64,000 nucleotides of DNA from Myxococcota bacterium. GTDB lineage: Bacteria; Myxococcota_A; UBA9160; SZUA-336. The DNA is taken from the NCBI GenBank assembly GCA_965247115.1, contig CBDFGR010000003.1, positions 1,696,001 through 1,760,000 on the forward strand. Reading direction: 5' to 3'. Position 1 is the first letter of the stretch; each line of letters begins with the position of its first letter. The translations under genes and the position numbers were made by a program. Under the pieces are notes generated by a model. It was not told where the DNA came from and ran no database searches. It saw only the letters and a list, made by a program, of their open reading frames with translations. Positions 49,673 through 58,475 of this stretch are shown in pieces.

Positions 49673-50187
49673 GGCTTGCCCACGTCGAGGCTGCGATTCT
49701 CACGGGAGGGATGGATCGGAACGACGCACCGCTTCTCGCTCACGTCGTAGAGACGCTCTCGGAGTGCGTCGAGCGGGTGCGCCTGGTGACCAGACCGGGA
49801 GAGTCAGCCCCGCTCGAGCTCGAGTGCATCGAAGATCACTACGCCGAGCGAGCTCCTCTGGTCGGAATCCACGCCGCGCTGGCCGCGTGTGAGAGCGGCG
49901 CGGTGCTGGTCGCGGCCTGCGACCTGCCACCGGTCGATCCGCGCCTGGTCCTGGCCCTCCTGGCGCTGGTCCCCGACGAGGACTCGCACGAGATCGTGGC
50001 CCCCCAGAGCAGCGGCGGCGGTCCGGAGCCCCTGCTGGCCGTCTACCGTCCCACCCTCGTCCCCGAGATCGCCCGCCGGATCGAAGCCGGAGAGCTAGCG
50101 CTCATGCCGTTGCTGCGCGACGCGCGAACCCTCCTCATCCCGAACGCAGACCTCCGCTCCATCGACCCCAGAAAAAGTCAAGATTAA
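49669..50187 (+). pseudogene. mobA: Degenerate/truncated MobA-like nucleotidyltransferase
   Basis: AAILTGG, PLVGIHAAL, ACDLP, EPLLAVY present; SRRMG-DKA and NxNTP motifs absent; stop lies inside repeat module B. Confidence 0.65.
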
Positions 50188-50204
50188 GGACCGTCCCCAA
50201 GTTC
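50186..50204 (+). repeat. Module B copy
   Basis: AAGGACCGTCCCCAAGTTC. Confidence 0.8.
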
Positions 50205-50208
50205 CGAT

Positions 50209-50703
50209 CTAGCGGGGTTTGGTGCGGCGGAGGAGGCGCGAGGTTCGTACTCCAGGGGTCTGGCGCAGGAGGACGAACTCGCCGCCGAGGGACTCGATCA
50301 ATGCTTGCTCGGCTGGTCGGGTGCCGCGGTACTCGCCGCCCTTGCAGACGACGTCGGGCTCGAGCGCGCGGATCAGCTCTACCGGCGTGTCCTCGCCGAA
50401 CAGCACCACGTAGTCGACACACGCCAACCCGGCGAGTAACTCCGCGCGCTGTCGCTCTGGCAGTACGGGCCGCCCCGCTCCCTTGAGCTCCCGCACCCGT
50501 TTGTCGCGGTTCAGACCGATGACGAGCAGGTCGCCGAGGGCGGCGCTCTCCTCGAGTGAGCGCAGGTGTCCCACGTGCAAGATGTCGAAGCAGCCGCTGG
50601 TGAAGATCACCCGCCGGCGCGCGCGACGCTGCACGGCGAGGATCTCGCGCAGCGCCCTACGGCTCTTGATCTTGTCCCGAGCCGGAGTTGTTGTCTTCGC
50701 CAC
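50209..50703 (-). CDS. rfaE2: D-glycero-beta-D-manno-heptose 1-phosphate adenylyltransferase
   Basis: FTSGCFDILHVGH, GLNRD..VRELKG..RP, FGEDTP. Confidence 0.9.
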   Translation of the reverse strand: MAKTTTPARDKIKSRRALREILAVQRRARRRVIFTSGCFDILHVGHLRSLEESAALGDLLVIGLNRDKRVRELKGAGRPVLPERQRAELLAGLACVDYVVLFGEDTPVELIRALEPDVVCKGGEYRGTRPAEQALIESLGGEFVLLRQTPGVRTSRLLRRTKPR

Positions 50704-53242
50704 TCGCGTTGTCCTCTGACTTGTTCCGATTTCCTGGCAACGGGAGGATCTTCATCAGCTGCCCGACGGTCCCTTTGATCGCTCCCCTGAGCACGCCGAA
50801 GGCTGTCTGCAGTGCCCGTGGTGCCAGGATCGTTGCCTTGGGCTCGCTCCACGGACCGGAGATGCGGAAATACGTGGCGAGCAGGTTCTTGTCCGGGCCG
50901 AGCACGATATCGCGCACGACCGGGACCGCACCGAGCAGCTTGTCGAGGTTATGCAGGAAGAGCACTGCGACCACCATGTCGGTGTAGAACTCCTCCGTAC
51001 TCAGGTCGACCTCTCCCGAAGCCAGAATTCGCAGCTCGGGTCCCACCAGCTTGAAGTCGGCGAGCTGCAGCCTGCCCGAGTTGATGCTGACGATGGTATC
51101 GATCGTGTCGTAAGGCAGATCGCGCCCGAGCAGCCCTCGCACCCCGCGTAAAGAGGGCAGGCGCGCCAGTACCAGTGCGGCCGGCAGGTTGCCCACGCTT
51201 CCGTCTTCCAGCTGGATGCTGAGCTCGATGTCCGCCGTGTCGATGAAGCGCCGATCTTCTCGGAGGGCGCCAGCCAGGCGTCCGGCGCCCGCGAGCCTAC
51301 CGGTGAGGCTCCCTTCCGGGAGCCCCAGGTGAGGCTCCAGCCCAGTGGCGTTGCCCCCGTCGAGCTCCAGGTCGAACTCGAAGGCCGCTTGCTCCTCCTC
51401 TGCAAGAGAAAGCCCGCCGCTCCCCGATGTGTTGCCCTCGAGCAACGTCCCGCGCAGGTTGGTGGCACGGACCTCTGCGCCATGGACGCGGACCGTCCCG
51501 CGCAGGTCCGAGACCTGCCACTCGTCGAAGTAGAACTCGTCGGTCTCGAAGCGAGCGCTAAGCCACTCTCGGGGTGGGGTCGGGCGAGTCTCGACCTCGT
51601 GGTCCAGATACGTGATCTGCGCGTCCAGCGCGGCTGCGCCGGGATCCCACACGAGCGCCACCTCCGCCGGTGCTCCGCCGAAGATGCCCACGGTCTTCTC
51701 CAGGACGAGGGTGCGGCCGGGAAAGCGGAGCAGCCCGGTTGCTCCGCGCAGGGGGAACACGAAGGACGGGTAGTGGAGCTCGAGATCTTCGAAGCGGATC
51801 CGTGTCTCCGCCCGCTCCGGAGCTCCCGGTGCGCGGAGCGAACGAACCGCGGCATCGAGTCCCGGAATCGGCGTACCCGGTCCGCGCGGTGTGCGCCGCT
51901 CCTCAGCGGGAAGCCGTACCAGGCGGTGCATCCCGTCGACGGTGAGGTCGATCTGAGGCAGGTGGGTCCCTTCCCGCATCATGCGCAGCTCCCTCACCTC
52001 GAGGGTATTTCCGAGGATGCTGACGTCCCCGGAAATCTGCTCGAGCGGCGCGCTGCCAGGATTGGGAGTGTAGACACCGCCTTCCGCGCGAAGCTGGATG
52101 ACGAGCTCCTGCGGATCGATGCGATCTCTGAAGGCGAGGACGTCAGCGAGACGGTCGAGCGGTGTGTCCACGCGGATGGAGATATTCTCGACCCGGCCGG
52201 CTCCGACTCGCTCCGCGATACGCTTGAACGTGTCATAGCGGAGTCCGAGCAAGCGCAGCGGTTGCAAGCGTGTGGCAGACGCCGACGGCTCGAAGTCCTC
52301 GACCTCCAGGTCCGCCGAGAAATGCGCCTGCGGCCCACTCCTATAGACGACGCTGCCCTGCAGCACCAGGTCGTCGAGCTCCAGCCGCCGGAACTCGAGT
52401 GTGAGCTCGCCGCCGCTGTAGGTGGCGTCCAGGTTGATGCGGTTGTTCTCCGGGACGATCGGAGCACTCAGGTCAGGGAGCTCGAGCTCCAGCCCGCGAA
52501 AAGTGAAAGCGGCCCTGCCGTCGATGCCCTGTCGGCGCACGCCGAGCGCGATCTCGCCGTTGCCGAGACCGCGCGCCTTCACAGCTCCCAAGGGAAGCTC
52601 CGCGACATCAAGCGCCGTGAGTCCACCCTTTAGTGTGAAGTTCGTCATCTGGCCGTCGACGCGCAGATCGAAGCGAGAGATGGCGCGTCCCTCCCGACTC
52701 AGGCGACCCCGAACCTGACCGTGCATGGCGAGCCCGAACGCGCTCCGTCTGGCGGATATCGCCAGCTCGTCGACGACCAGGAGCTCACCATCCTGGCGAG
52801 CCCACTCCACGCGGCCACCGTTCAGGTCCAGGTTGAGCGAGGGGAGCTCCGGGGGCGTGAGCGTCGCCGCCTGTCCACCACCCGTTCGGATCCGCAGGGT
52901 CGGTCCCGTGATGTCCCAATCGAGCGGAACGAGCTGGCCTACAACGACGCGCGGCCAGCTCTGTTCACCACGGGCGTATTCGATCTCGAGCGTCGGAGGC
53001 TGGTCAATGCCGTCCGTTTCGTAGACGCGCAGGCCGCGGACCTCGATGCCCAGCTTCAGTCCCAGGCGCAGCTCGGCCGCGGCGACCTCAACCGGTCGCT
53101 TGAGGATGCGCGAGAGGGTGGCGGCGACGAAGTCCGCCGTCGGCGACTCCAGCTGTCGCACCGCGTGTGCCGATGCGAGTCCAAGGATCAGCAGCAGCAA
53201 CAGCAGTGAAGCGAGCGCGAGAGCGCGCCGTCTGCGCCTCAC
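50657..53242 (-). CDS. AsmA-like/YhdP-like membrane-anchored protein
   Basis: N-terminal TM, beta-rich body, C-terminal VPVVRDIVLG...YFRISGPWSEP; start uncertain. Confidence 0.75.
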   Translation of the reverse strand: MRRRRRALALASLLLLLLILGLASAHAVRQLESPTADFVAATLSRILKRPVEVAAAELRLGLKLGIEVRGLRVYETDGIDQPPTLEIEYARGEQSWPRVVVGQLVPLDWDITGPTLRIRTGGGQAATLTPPELPSLNLDLNGGRVEWARQDGELLVVDELAISARRSAFGLAMHGQVRGRLSREGRAISRFDLRVDGQMTNFTLKGGLTALDVAELPLGAVKARGLGNGEIALGVRRQGIDGRAAFTFRGLELELPDLSAPIVPENNRINLDATYSGGELTLEFRRLELDDLVLQGSVVYRSGPQAHFSADLEVEDFEPSASATRLQPLRLLGLRYDTFKRIAERVGAGRVENISIRVDTPLDRLADVLAFRDRIDPQELVIQLRAEGGVYTPNPGSAPLEQISGDVSILGNTLEVRELRMMREGTHLPQIDLTVDGMHRLVRLPAEERRTPRGPGTPIPGLDAAVRSLRAPGAPERAETRIRFEDLELHYPSFVFPLRGATGLLRFPGRTLVLEKTVGIFGGAPAEVALVWDPGAAALDAQITYLDHEVETRPTPPREWLSARFETDEFYFDEWQVSDLRGTVRVHGAEVRATNLRGTLLEGNTSGSGGLSLAEEEQAAFEFDLELDGGNATGLEPHLGLPEGSLTGRLAGAGRLAGALREDRRFIDTADIELSIQLEDGSVGNLPAALVLARLPSLRGVRGLLGRDLPYDTIDTIVSINSGRLQLADFKLVGPELRILASGEVDLSTEEFYTDMVVAVLFLHNLDKLLGAVPVVRDIVLGPDKNLLATYFRISGPWSEPKATILAPRALQTAFGVLRGAIKGTVGQLMKILPLPGNRNKSEDNASGEDNNSGSGQDQEP

Positions 53243-53438
53243 TTGCAGGAAACCGGCGGGTTCATGTTGGTGAAAGACCTTCGCAAATCGTGCGTGCCTC
53301 TGCCGTGGTCCTGACGATGTGACGGGCATAAGCGCAGGGCCCGCCTAAAGAAACGAACCCTGGGTCCCGATCGTTCCGATGGTTACGAAACGAGGAGCGC
53401 CTAGAGGGAGGCGTCGCAGACGGGAGGAGCTCCACGGA

Positions 53439-53675
53439 ATGGAGCACGAGAACTTCGATCATGGAAGGCCCGCGGCAAGGAAGCGGAACCGGGTCCGGGA
53501 GCTGCGCGAAGACAAGCTCATGACCCAGGCTCAGCTCGCCCGCAAGGCCAAGGTGGCGCTGCGCACGATCCACTCGGTGGAGAAGGGAATGAACTGCCGG
53601 ATGGACACAAAGCGCAAGATCCTGCTCGCGTTGGGGATGCGCTTCGAAGACAAAGACCAGGTGTTCCTCGATTGA
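53439..53675 (+). CDS. XRE-family HTH regulator
   Basis: NRVRELREDKLMTQAQLARKAKVALRTIHSVEKG; GGAGGAG RBS. Confidence 0.88.
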   Translation: MEHENFDHGRPAARKRNRVRELREDKLMTQAQLARKAKVALRTIHSVEKGMNCRMDTKRKILLALGMRFEDKDQVFLD

Positions 53676-53711
53676 GCTCGTAGGCGGCCTCGAGCTGCAC
53701 AGATTTCGAGA

Positions 53712-53748
53712 AAGGCGCGGCACCCAAGGATGCCGCGCCTTCTTCTTT
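53712..53748 (+). terminator. Rho-independent terminator
   Basis: 11-bp stem AAGGCGCGGCA/TGCCGCGCCTT, 8-nt loop, T-rich tail. Confidence 0.7.
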
Positions 53749-53772
53749 CGCGGTGACGCTGGCCGCGTTTCG

Positions 53773-53801
53773 TTGACAGTTCCTCATGCCCTCGATAGCG
53801 T
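53773..53801 (+). promoter_or_regulatory. Sigma70 promoter of fur (likely leaderless)
   Basis: TTGACA-17 nt-TAGCGT, ATG 7 nt downstream. Confidence 0.65.
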
Positions 53802-53808
53802 CGCTCGG

Positions 53809-54258
53809 ATGCCACGGGCTTCCGGTACGCGGGAAGAGGCTCACGGGCGTCTCACCGAGTACCTCTCCCGGCATGGTCTCAAGCACACGCGCCAGCGGGA
53901 CGCGATCCTCGACACGTTCATTGGGGCTCCGGGCCACGTCACGAGCGAGGACCTCTACGAGCGCGTGCGAGGCGAGAACCCCGAGATTGGTGCCGCAACG
54001 GTCTACCGCACGCTCAAGCTCTTCGTGGAGGCGGGTATCGCCAATGCTCACCACTTTCGCGATGGGGTCACCCTCTACGAGCACGAGGGTCGCCATCACG
54101 ATCACCTGATCTGCCTCGGCTGTGGCGAGATCGTCGAGTTCCGCCATCAGGTCGTCGAGGATGGTCTCATCGACGTGGCCGAGCAGCAGGGCTATCGGCT
54201 GACCCAGCACCGCCTCCACCTCTACGGCTACTGTCCGAGCTGCCGGGAAGCTCCTTAG
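53809..54258 (+). CDS. fur: Fur-family metal uptake regulator
   Basis: TRQR, ATVYRTLKL, HHDHLICLGCG, CPSC. Confidence 0.92.
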   Translation: MPRASGTREEAHGRLTEYLSRHGLKHTRQRDAILDTFIGAPGHVTSEDLYERVRGENPEIGAATVYRTLKLFVEAGIANAHHFRDGVTLYEHEGRHHDHLICLGCGEIVEFRHQVVEDGLIDVAEQQGYRLTQHRLHLYGYCPSCREAP

Positions 54259-54753
54259 TCTTGTGGGACCCGGCCGCGGGCGTCCGCGGCCACCCACCTC
54301 CGCTCAGGCCCGAGGCCTTCGCTGCGCGCGCCGCTCCCGCGGCGCTTGCAAGGTTGCCAAGCCCCGGAGGAGGTTGCCGGTTTTTCACGGAATTAGAACT
54401 TAGGGACGGTCCTTAATTATTACTTGTTTGGCCGAAGTCGGAACTTCTGGTCACTGAGGTGGGACTCTCGGCGCATTCGGTCATCTAGGCGTCGCTGCGG
54501 TCGTCTCACGCGGAATAAGTTCGGATTGAGGACCGTCCCTAAGTTCGGGTTTCTTGCCTTCGTCGGCACTCAAGGACCTTTCCCAAGTTCCGGTTCGTGG
54601 GACCAACGCCCTACCTTGCTTGGCAGCCTGCAAGCGCCGCGGAATGCGGCGCGCGCAGCGAAGGGCGAAGCCCTGAGCGGAGGTGGGTGGCGCGCGACCG
54701 CTCGCGCGCCGGGTCCCACAAGGGTGGCCGCGGACGCCCGCGGCCGGGTCCCA
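54256..54753. repeat. BIME-like mosaic: A(+), B(-), spacer, B(+), B'(+), A(-), extra A head
   Basis: A 54256-54382; B at 54396, 54528, 54572; A(-) about 54618-54722; second head 54723-54753. Confidence 0.88.
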
Positions 54754-55374
54754 CTAGACCCGGAGGCGGTTGTCGAGCTCGTTGGTGTCGTCCGGGCGCG
54801 GGGGGAAGCGGGCGGCGAGGATATCGCCGCACTCTCGGATTGCTTCGATCAGGCCCTGGTCGGCCCTCTTCTCGCGAATGGCGGCGAGGATGCGCTTCAC
54901 CAGAGCGTCCCACACGCCTGGCTCGACCTGCGAGTCTATGCCCCTGTCCGCCAGGATCTCCACGCGGTGCTCGAGGAGCGAGGTGTAGATCAGGATTCCG
55001 GTGCGGTCTCGCGTCTCGGTGAGCCCGTTCTCTAGGAACGCGAGGCGGGCGGCGCGATCGACGCGCTCCGCTCGAATCCGTTCCGGGATCAGGTGGCGCA
55101 GGAGCCTCCGGCTTCCCAGCAACCAGGCGCCGAGCACGAAGATCCCGACCTGCACGGGCGGCAGCCAGATCCAGGGATCCAGGTTCAGACCCAACACAAC
55201 TGCTCCCGCGACAAAGGCCAGCACTGCCGCGCCTGCCGCCCTCACGCCTGGGTAGCTATCGCTCCGGTCGACCACCATAGGAACGATCTCTCCCGACGTT
55301 CTGCTCTCAGCCTCGCGGACCGCGGCCTCCACGGCCTGGAACGCCTTCGAATCGAACAGCTCCTCGACACGCAT
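54754..55374 (-). CDS. TPM-domain membrane protein
   Basis: AESRTSGEIV, TRDRTGILIY, ADRGI, NELDN. Confidence 0.9.
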   Translation of the reverse strand: MRVEELFDSKAFQAVEAAVREAESRTSGEIVPMVVDRSDSYPGVRAAGAAVLAFVAGAVVLGLNLDPWIWLPPVQVGIFVLGAWLLGSRRLLRHLIPERIRAERVDRAARLAFLENGLTETRDRTGILIYTSLLEHRVEILADRGIDSQVEPGVWDALVKRILAAIREKRADQGLIEAIRECGDILAARFPPRPDDTNELDNRLRV

Positions 55375-56096
55375 CACCAGCTCCCCGAGGCACCACCGCC
55401 CCCGAATCCGCCACCGCCGCCACTGAAGCCTCCTCCGAAGCCCCCGCCGCCGAACCCCCCACCGATACCCCCGCTGCGCCGACCACCCAGCATCGAGCCG
55501 GCGAGGAAGGGCCAGAAGAAGAGCCCTCGAGTGCCGAAGGCGAACAGAAAAAAGATCAGCCAGATCCAGACCGGAAGCCCTCCGCCTCCGCGACGTTCGC
55601 GGCGCGAACGCTCGGGCAGGGGCAGCACTTCCCCGCTCGCCGCTTGCATGATCGCCTGTGCACCCGTGAGGATGCCGGCTTCGAGATTTCCGGCGCGGAA
55701 CTGCGGAAGGACGTGGTCGCGGATGATGCGGAGCGCGACGGCGTCGGGCACGACGCCCTCGAGGCCATAGCCGACCTCGATCCGCACGTCTCGCTCCTGG
55801 GGCGCGATCGTGAGGATTGCGCCGTTGTCGAGTCCCTTCTGTCCGACCTTCCATGCCTCGGCAATGCGGATCGAGTACTCCTCGATCTCCAGACCCTCCA
55901 GCGATGGAGTGGTGTGCACGACGACCTGGTGACCCGTCTCCCGTTCGTAGTCGGAGAGCGTGCGCTCGAGCCCAGCGCGGCTCTGCGCGGAGAGCACCTC
56001 GGCTCGATCCAGAACGTGCGCGTCGAGCTTCGGAATCTCGAGAGCGCTTGCCTGCTGGGCGAGGAAGAAGAGTGCGGCCAGACACAGGCGGGTCAG
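55374..56096 (-). CDS. TPM-domain protein (YgcG-like) with Gly-rich tail
   Basis: WKVGQKGLDNG, RIEVGYGLEG, GGGFGGGGASGSW; probable CTG start overlapping the lemA stop. Confidence 0.88.
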   Translation of the reverse strand: MTRLCLAALFFLAQQASALEIPKLDAHVLDRAEVLSAQSRAGLERTLSDYERETGHQVVVHTTPSLEGLEIEEYSIRIAEAWKVGQKGLDNGAILTIAPQERDVRIEVGYGLEGVVPDAVALRIIRDHVLPQFRAGNLEAGILTGAQAIMQAASGEVLPLPERSRRERRGGGGLPVWIWLIFFLFAFGTRGLFFWPFLAGSMLGGRRSGGIGGGFGGGGFGGGFSGGGGGFGGGGASGSW

Positions 56097-56680
56097 AACT
56101 GGACCTCTGGTACCTGCTCCGCGCCGCTTCGCGCCTCGAAGGTCGGCTTGGTCTCCGCGCCGATGACACGCGCGGTCAGGTTCGAGGGGAACACCCGCAC
56201 CAGCGTGTTGTACGCGGCGACCTGCTCGATGAAGCGTCGCCGCGCCACGGCGATGCGGTTCTCGGTTCCCTCGATCTGCGCCTGGAGCTCCTGAAAGCGC
56301 GCGACGGCCTGGAGCTCCGGGTAGCGCTCGACCACCACCATGAGCCGCTGCAGCGCGCTCCCCAGCTGGCCTTGAACCTGCTGCAGGCGCTGAAAGGCCG
56401 CGGGATCCTGCAGCACGCTGGAGTCCATCTTCAGACCGGCGGCCTGCGAGCGCGCCTCGATCACCGCCGTGAGGGTCTCCTCCTCGAAGTCTGCTGCCCC
56501 CTTCACGGTGGCCACGAGGTTGGGAATCAGGTCCAAGCGGCGCTGGAACTGGTTCTCCACCTCCGCCCATCCAGCGGTCACAGCTTCATCAGCTCTCTGA
56601 AGGGCGTTGTAGCCGCAGCCGGAGAGCCCCACGACAAGCAGGACCAGCGCGAAAGCCTTTGATCTCTCTAGGGATTTCAT
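56093..56680 (-). CDS. lemA: LemA-family protein
   Basis: SGCGYN, QRRLDLIPNLV, ERYPELQA, EGTENRIAVAR. Confidence 0.95.
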   Translation of the reverse strand: MKSLERSKAFALVLLVVGLSGCGYNALQRADEAVTAGWAEVENQFQRRLDLIPNLVATVKGAADFEEETLTAVIEARSQAAGLKMDSSVLQDPAAFQRLQQVQGQLGSALQRLMVVVERYPELQAVARFQELQAQIEGTENRIAVARRRFIEQVAAYNTLVRVFPSNLTARVIGAETKPTFEARSGAEQVPEVQF

Positions 56681-56735
56681 GTCTTGATGCTAGCTCACCA
56701 GGCCTCAGAGGCGAGCGCTGGGGCCAGACGATAGT

Positions 56736-56755
56736 GCAATTGATTTTCATTCTCA
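56736..56755 (+). promoter_or_regulatory. Putative Fur box upstream of bfd
   Basis: GCAATTGATTTTCATTCTC matches 13/19 of GATAATGATAATCATTATC; an AT-rich island in GC-rich DNA. Confidence 0.7.
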
Positions 56756-56780
56756 GTTCGCGTAGTCTGGCCCGACCCCG

Positions 56781-57005
56781 ATGATCATCTGCTGCTGCAA
56801 CGGCGTGACCGACCGCGAGATTCGACGCTCCGCGCTCAATGGCGCGTCGACCCTCCGCGAGCTCGCCCGTTCGTGTCGCGCCGGAACCGGCTGTGGCGGC
56901 TGCCGCCCGGCCCTCAAGGCGCTGCTCGAGGAAGCTCGGCGAGATGCGGCCGTGGCCCGCCCCGCGCCTCAACACACCCCCCAGCTGGGGCTCGCAGCCT
57001 CATAG
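56781..57005 (+). CDS. bfd: Bacterioferritin-associated [2Fe-2S] ferredoxin
   Basis: MIICCCNGVTDREI...GTGCGGC. Confidence 0.88.
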   Translation: MIICCCNGVTDREIRRSALNGASTLRELARSCRAGTGCGGCRPALKALLEEARRDAAVARPAPQHTPQLGLAAS

Positions 57006-57026
57006 GGTGTCTCGCTGCGCGCGCCG

Positions 57027-58106
57027 CTAGCGCAGCGCTTGCGTTTCTGCCGTTCTGAGAGCTTTCTCTGCCTCGCAGAGTGCCAGCACTATGTGGTAGA
57101 CGCTGGTGGCGTTCATCCAGGGGGTGAGGGGGGCGCCATCGCGGCTGAGGTGTTCTTGCCAGCCGTGGTGGTTGGGATCAACGTAGCGGGAGAAGCAGTA
57201 GTCGAGGGCCTCGCGCAGGGGGCCGATCTCGCCGCGCACGGCGTGGGCCTTGATGCGCTCGGTTTGTGGCCACAGGCGTTTCGTAGCGACGAGTAGCGTG
57301 CCGTCGCATTCGACCTGGTCGAACACGCCGCCGTCCCCATCGATCCCGAAACGACTGGCGAAGTCGAACAGACCGCGCGCCGAGCTGCGGCCGTGGAGCA
57401 GCCAGATCCACTCGAAGTGGTGACCGGGCTCAACGATCCGGCCCTCATCGGAATCGAGCCGCTCCCAGCGCTCGTCGAAATACTCGCCGAGGCTCCCGGA
57501 CTTCTCATCGTAGAAGTGTTCGTGAAAGAGCGTCAGGAGTGGCTCCGTGTGCTCGCTCCAGCCCAGTGCAAGCAGCGCCTCGAGCATGTGCATGTGAGGG
57601 TTCTGGCGGCGCGTACCTCGCCTCACGTTCCAACCCTCGTCGGCTCCCTCAAAGAAGCCGCCATGACGGGGATCGGAAAGTCGCTGCTGCAACACCTCCC
57701 ACGTCGACTCTGCCAGACGCAGCGCCTCGGCTTCGCCGCTCGCGCGGTGGTAGTGCGCCAGCGCGAAGAGCACAAAGGCGTGCGTGTAGAGGTCCTTCGT
57801 GCGGTCCTCGGTCGTCAGGTACCAGCCACCGTGACGGGGATCGACGAAGCGCTCGCGAACGAACTCGAAGCCCCTCGTGGCAACGTCTAGCGCCCAGGGC
57901 TCTTCCAGCGCACTGAAGGCGTAGAGCTGACGCGCTTGAACGAGCAGCCGCTTCCCAGTGTCGGGCACGGGACGCAAATCGGGGCCAAGGCGATTGTGGA
58001 AGCCGCCGTTGGGGTCGACGCCGTGCTCCGCCCAGAGCGGAAGCAACTCCTCTCTGAGGTGACGCCCGATCTCGCTAGAGGAGAGCGCCTGCGTACTCGT
58101 CCTCAT
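57027..58106 (-). CDS. AGE-family sugar epimerase/isomerase
   Basis: VQARQLY, LYTHAF, QNPHMH, EPGHHFEW, RLWPQTE, TSVYHI. Confidence 0.9.
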   Translation of the reverse strand: MRTSTQALSSSEIGRHLREELLPLWAEHGVDPNGGFHNRLGPDLRPVPDTGKRLLVQARQLYAFSALEEPWALDVATRGFEFVRERFVDPRHGGWYLTTEDRTKDLYTHAFVLFALAHYHRASGEAEALRLAESTWEVLQQRLSDPRHGGFFEGADEGWNVRRGTRRQNPHMHMLEALLALGWSEHTEPLLTLFHEHFYDEKSGSLGEYFDERWERLDSDEGRIVEPGHHFEWIWLLHGRSSARGLFDFASRFGIDGDGGVFDQVECDGTLLVATKRLWPQTERIKAHAVRGEIGPLREALDYCFSRYVDPNHHGWQEHLSRDGAPLTPWMNATSVYHIVLALCEAEKALRTAETQALR

Positions 58107-58416
58107 TGAAGCCCACGATCACTGTCTTGCCCGCACGCAGCATGGGACTCCTCAGATTCCCCGTGGGACCGAGCATCGCGCTCACCACGTCCGCCCCCGC
58201 CCGGCCTCCTGGCCGGAACGTCTTCGTGGACTTGCCTTTCGCCACGATGACCCGTGTCGCGTCACGCGCGAGCTTCGCCGCCTCGCTCTTCCCGAGCTTG
58301 CGACTGGCAGGAACGATCTCCCTGGGCTCGAGCCCGTTGGCATCCAAGAACTTGGATGCTCGCCCACAGCTCGTTCACCCGTTGCGGTGGTAGTACCAGT
58401 CGACGCGCTTACCCAT
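58075..58416 (-). CDS. ArsC/Spx-like thioredoxin-fold selenoprotein (Sec14)
   Basis: MGKRVDWYYHRNG-UGA-TSCGRASKFL...LGPTGNLRSP...GFNEDEY; UxxC motif and SECIS-like hairpin; RBS GGGGAGAG. Confidence 0.85.
58341..58377 (-). promoter_or_regulatory. Sec codon and bacterial SECIS-like stem-loop
   Basis: UGA at 58375-58377, then GCAUCCAA-GUUC-UUGGAUGC with the loop 23 nt downstream. Confidence 0.75.
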
Positions 58417-58475
58417 CTCGCTCTCCCCTGGTCGTTTCGTCCGACAGGATATCAGTCTGGTCCCACAAGACTCAC

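Noticed and set aside
43993..54255. Composite transposon between the inverted repeats
   Set aside because: No transposase, no target duplication, housekeeping cargo
55380..55480. GGC-rich low-complexity tract
   Set aside because: It is the normal Gly-rich tail of TPM proteins
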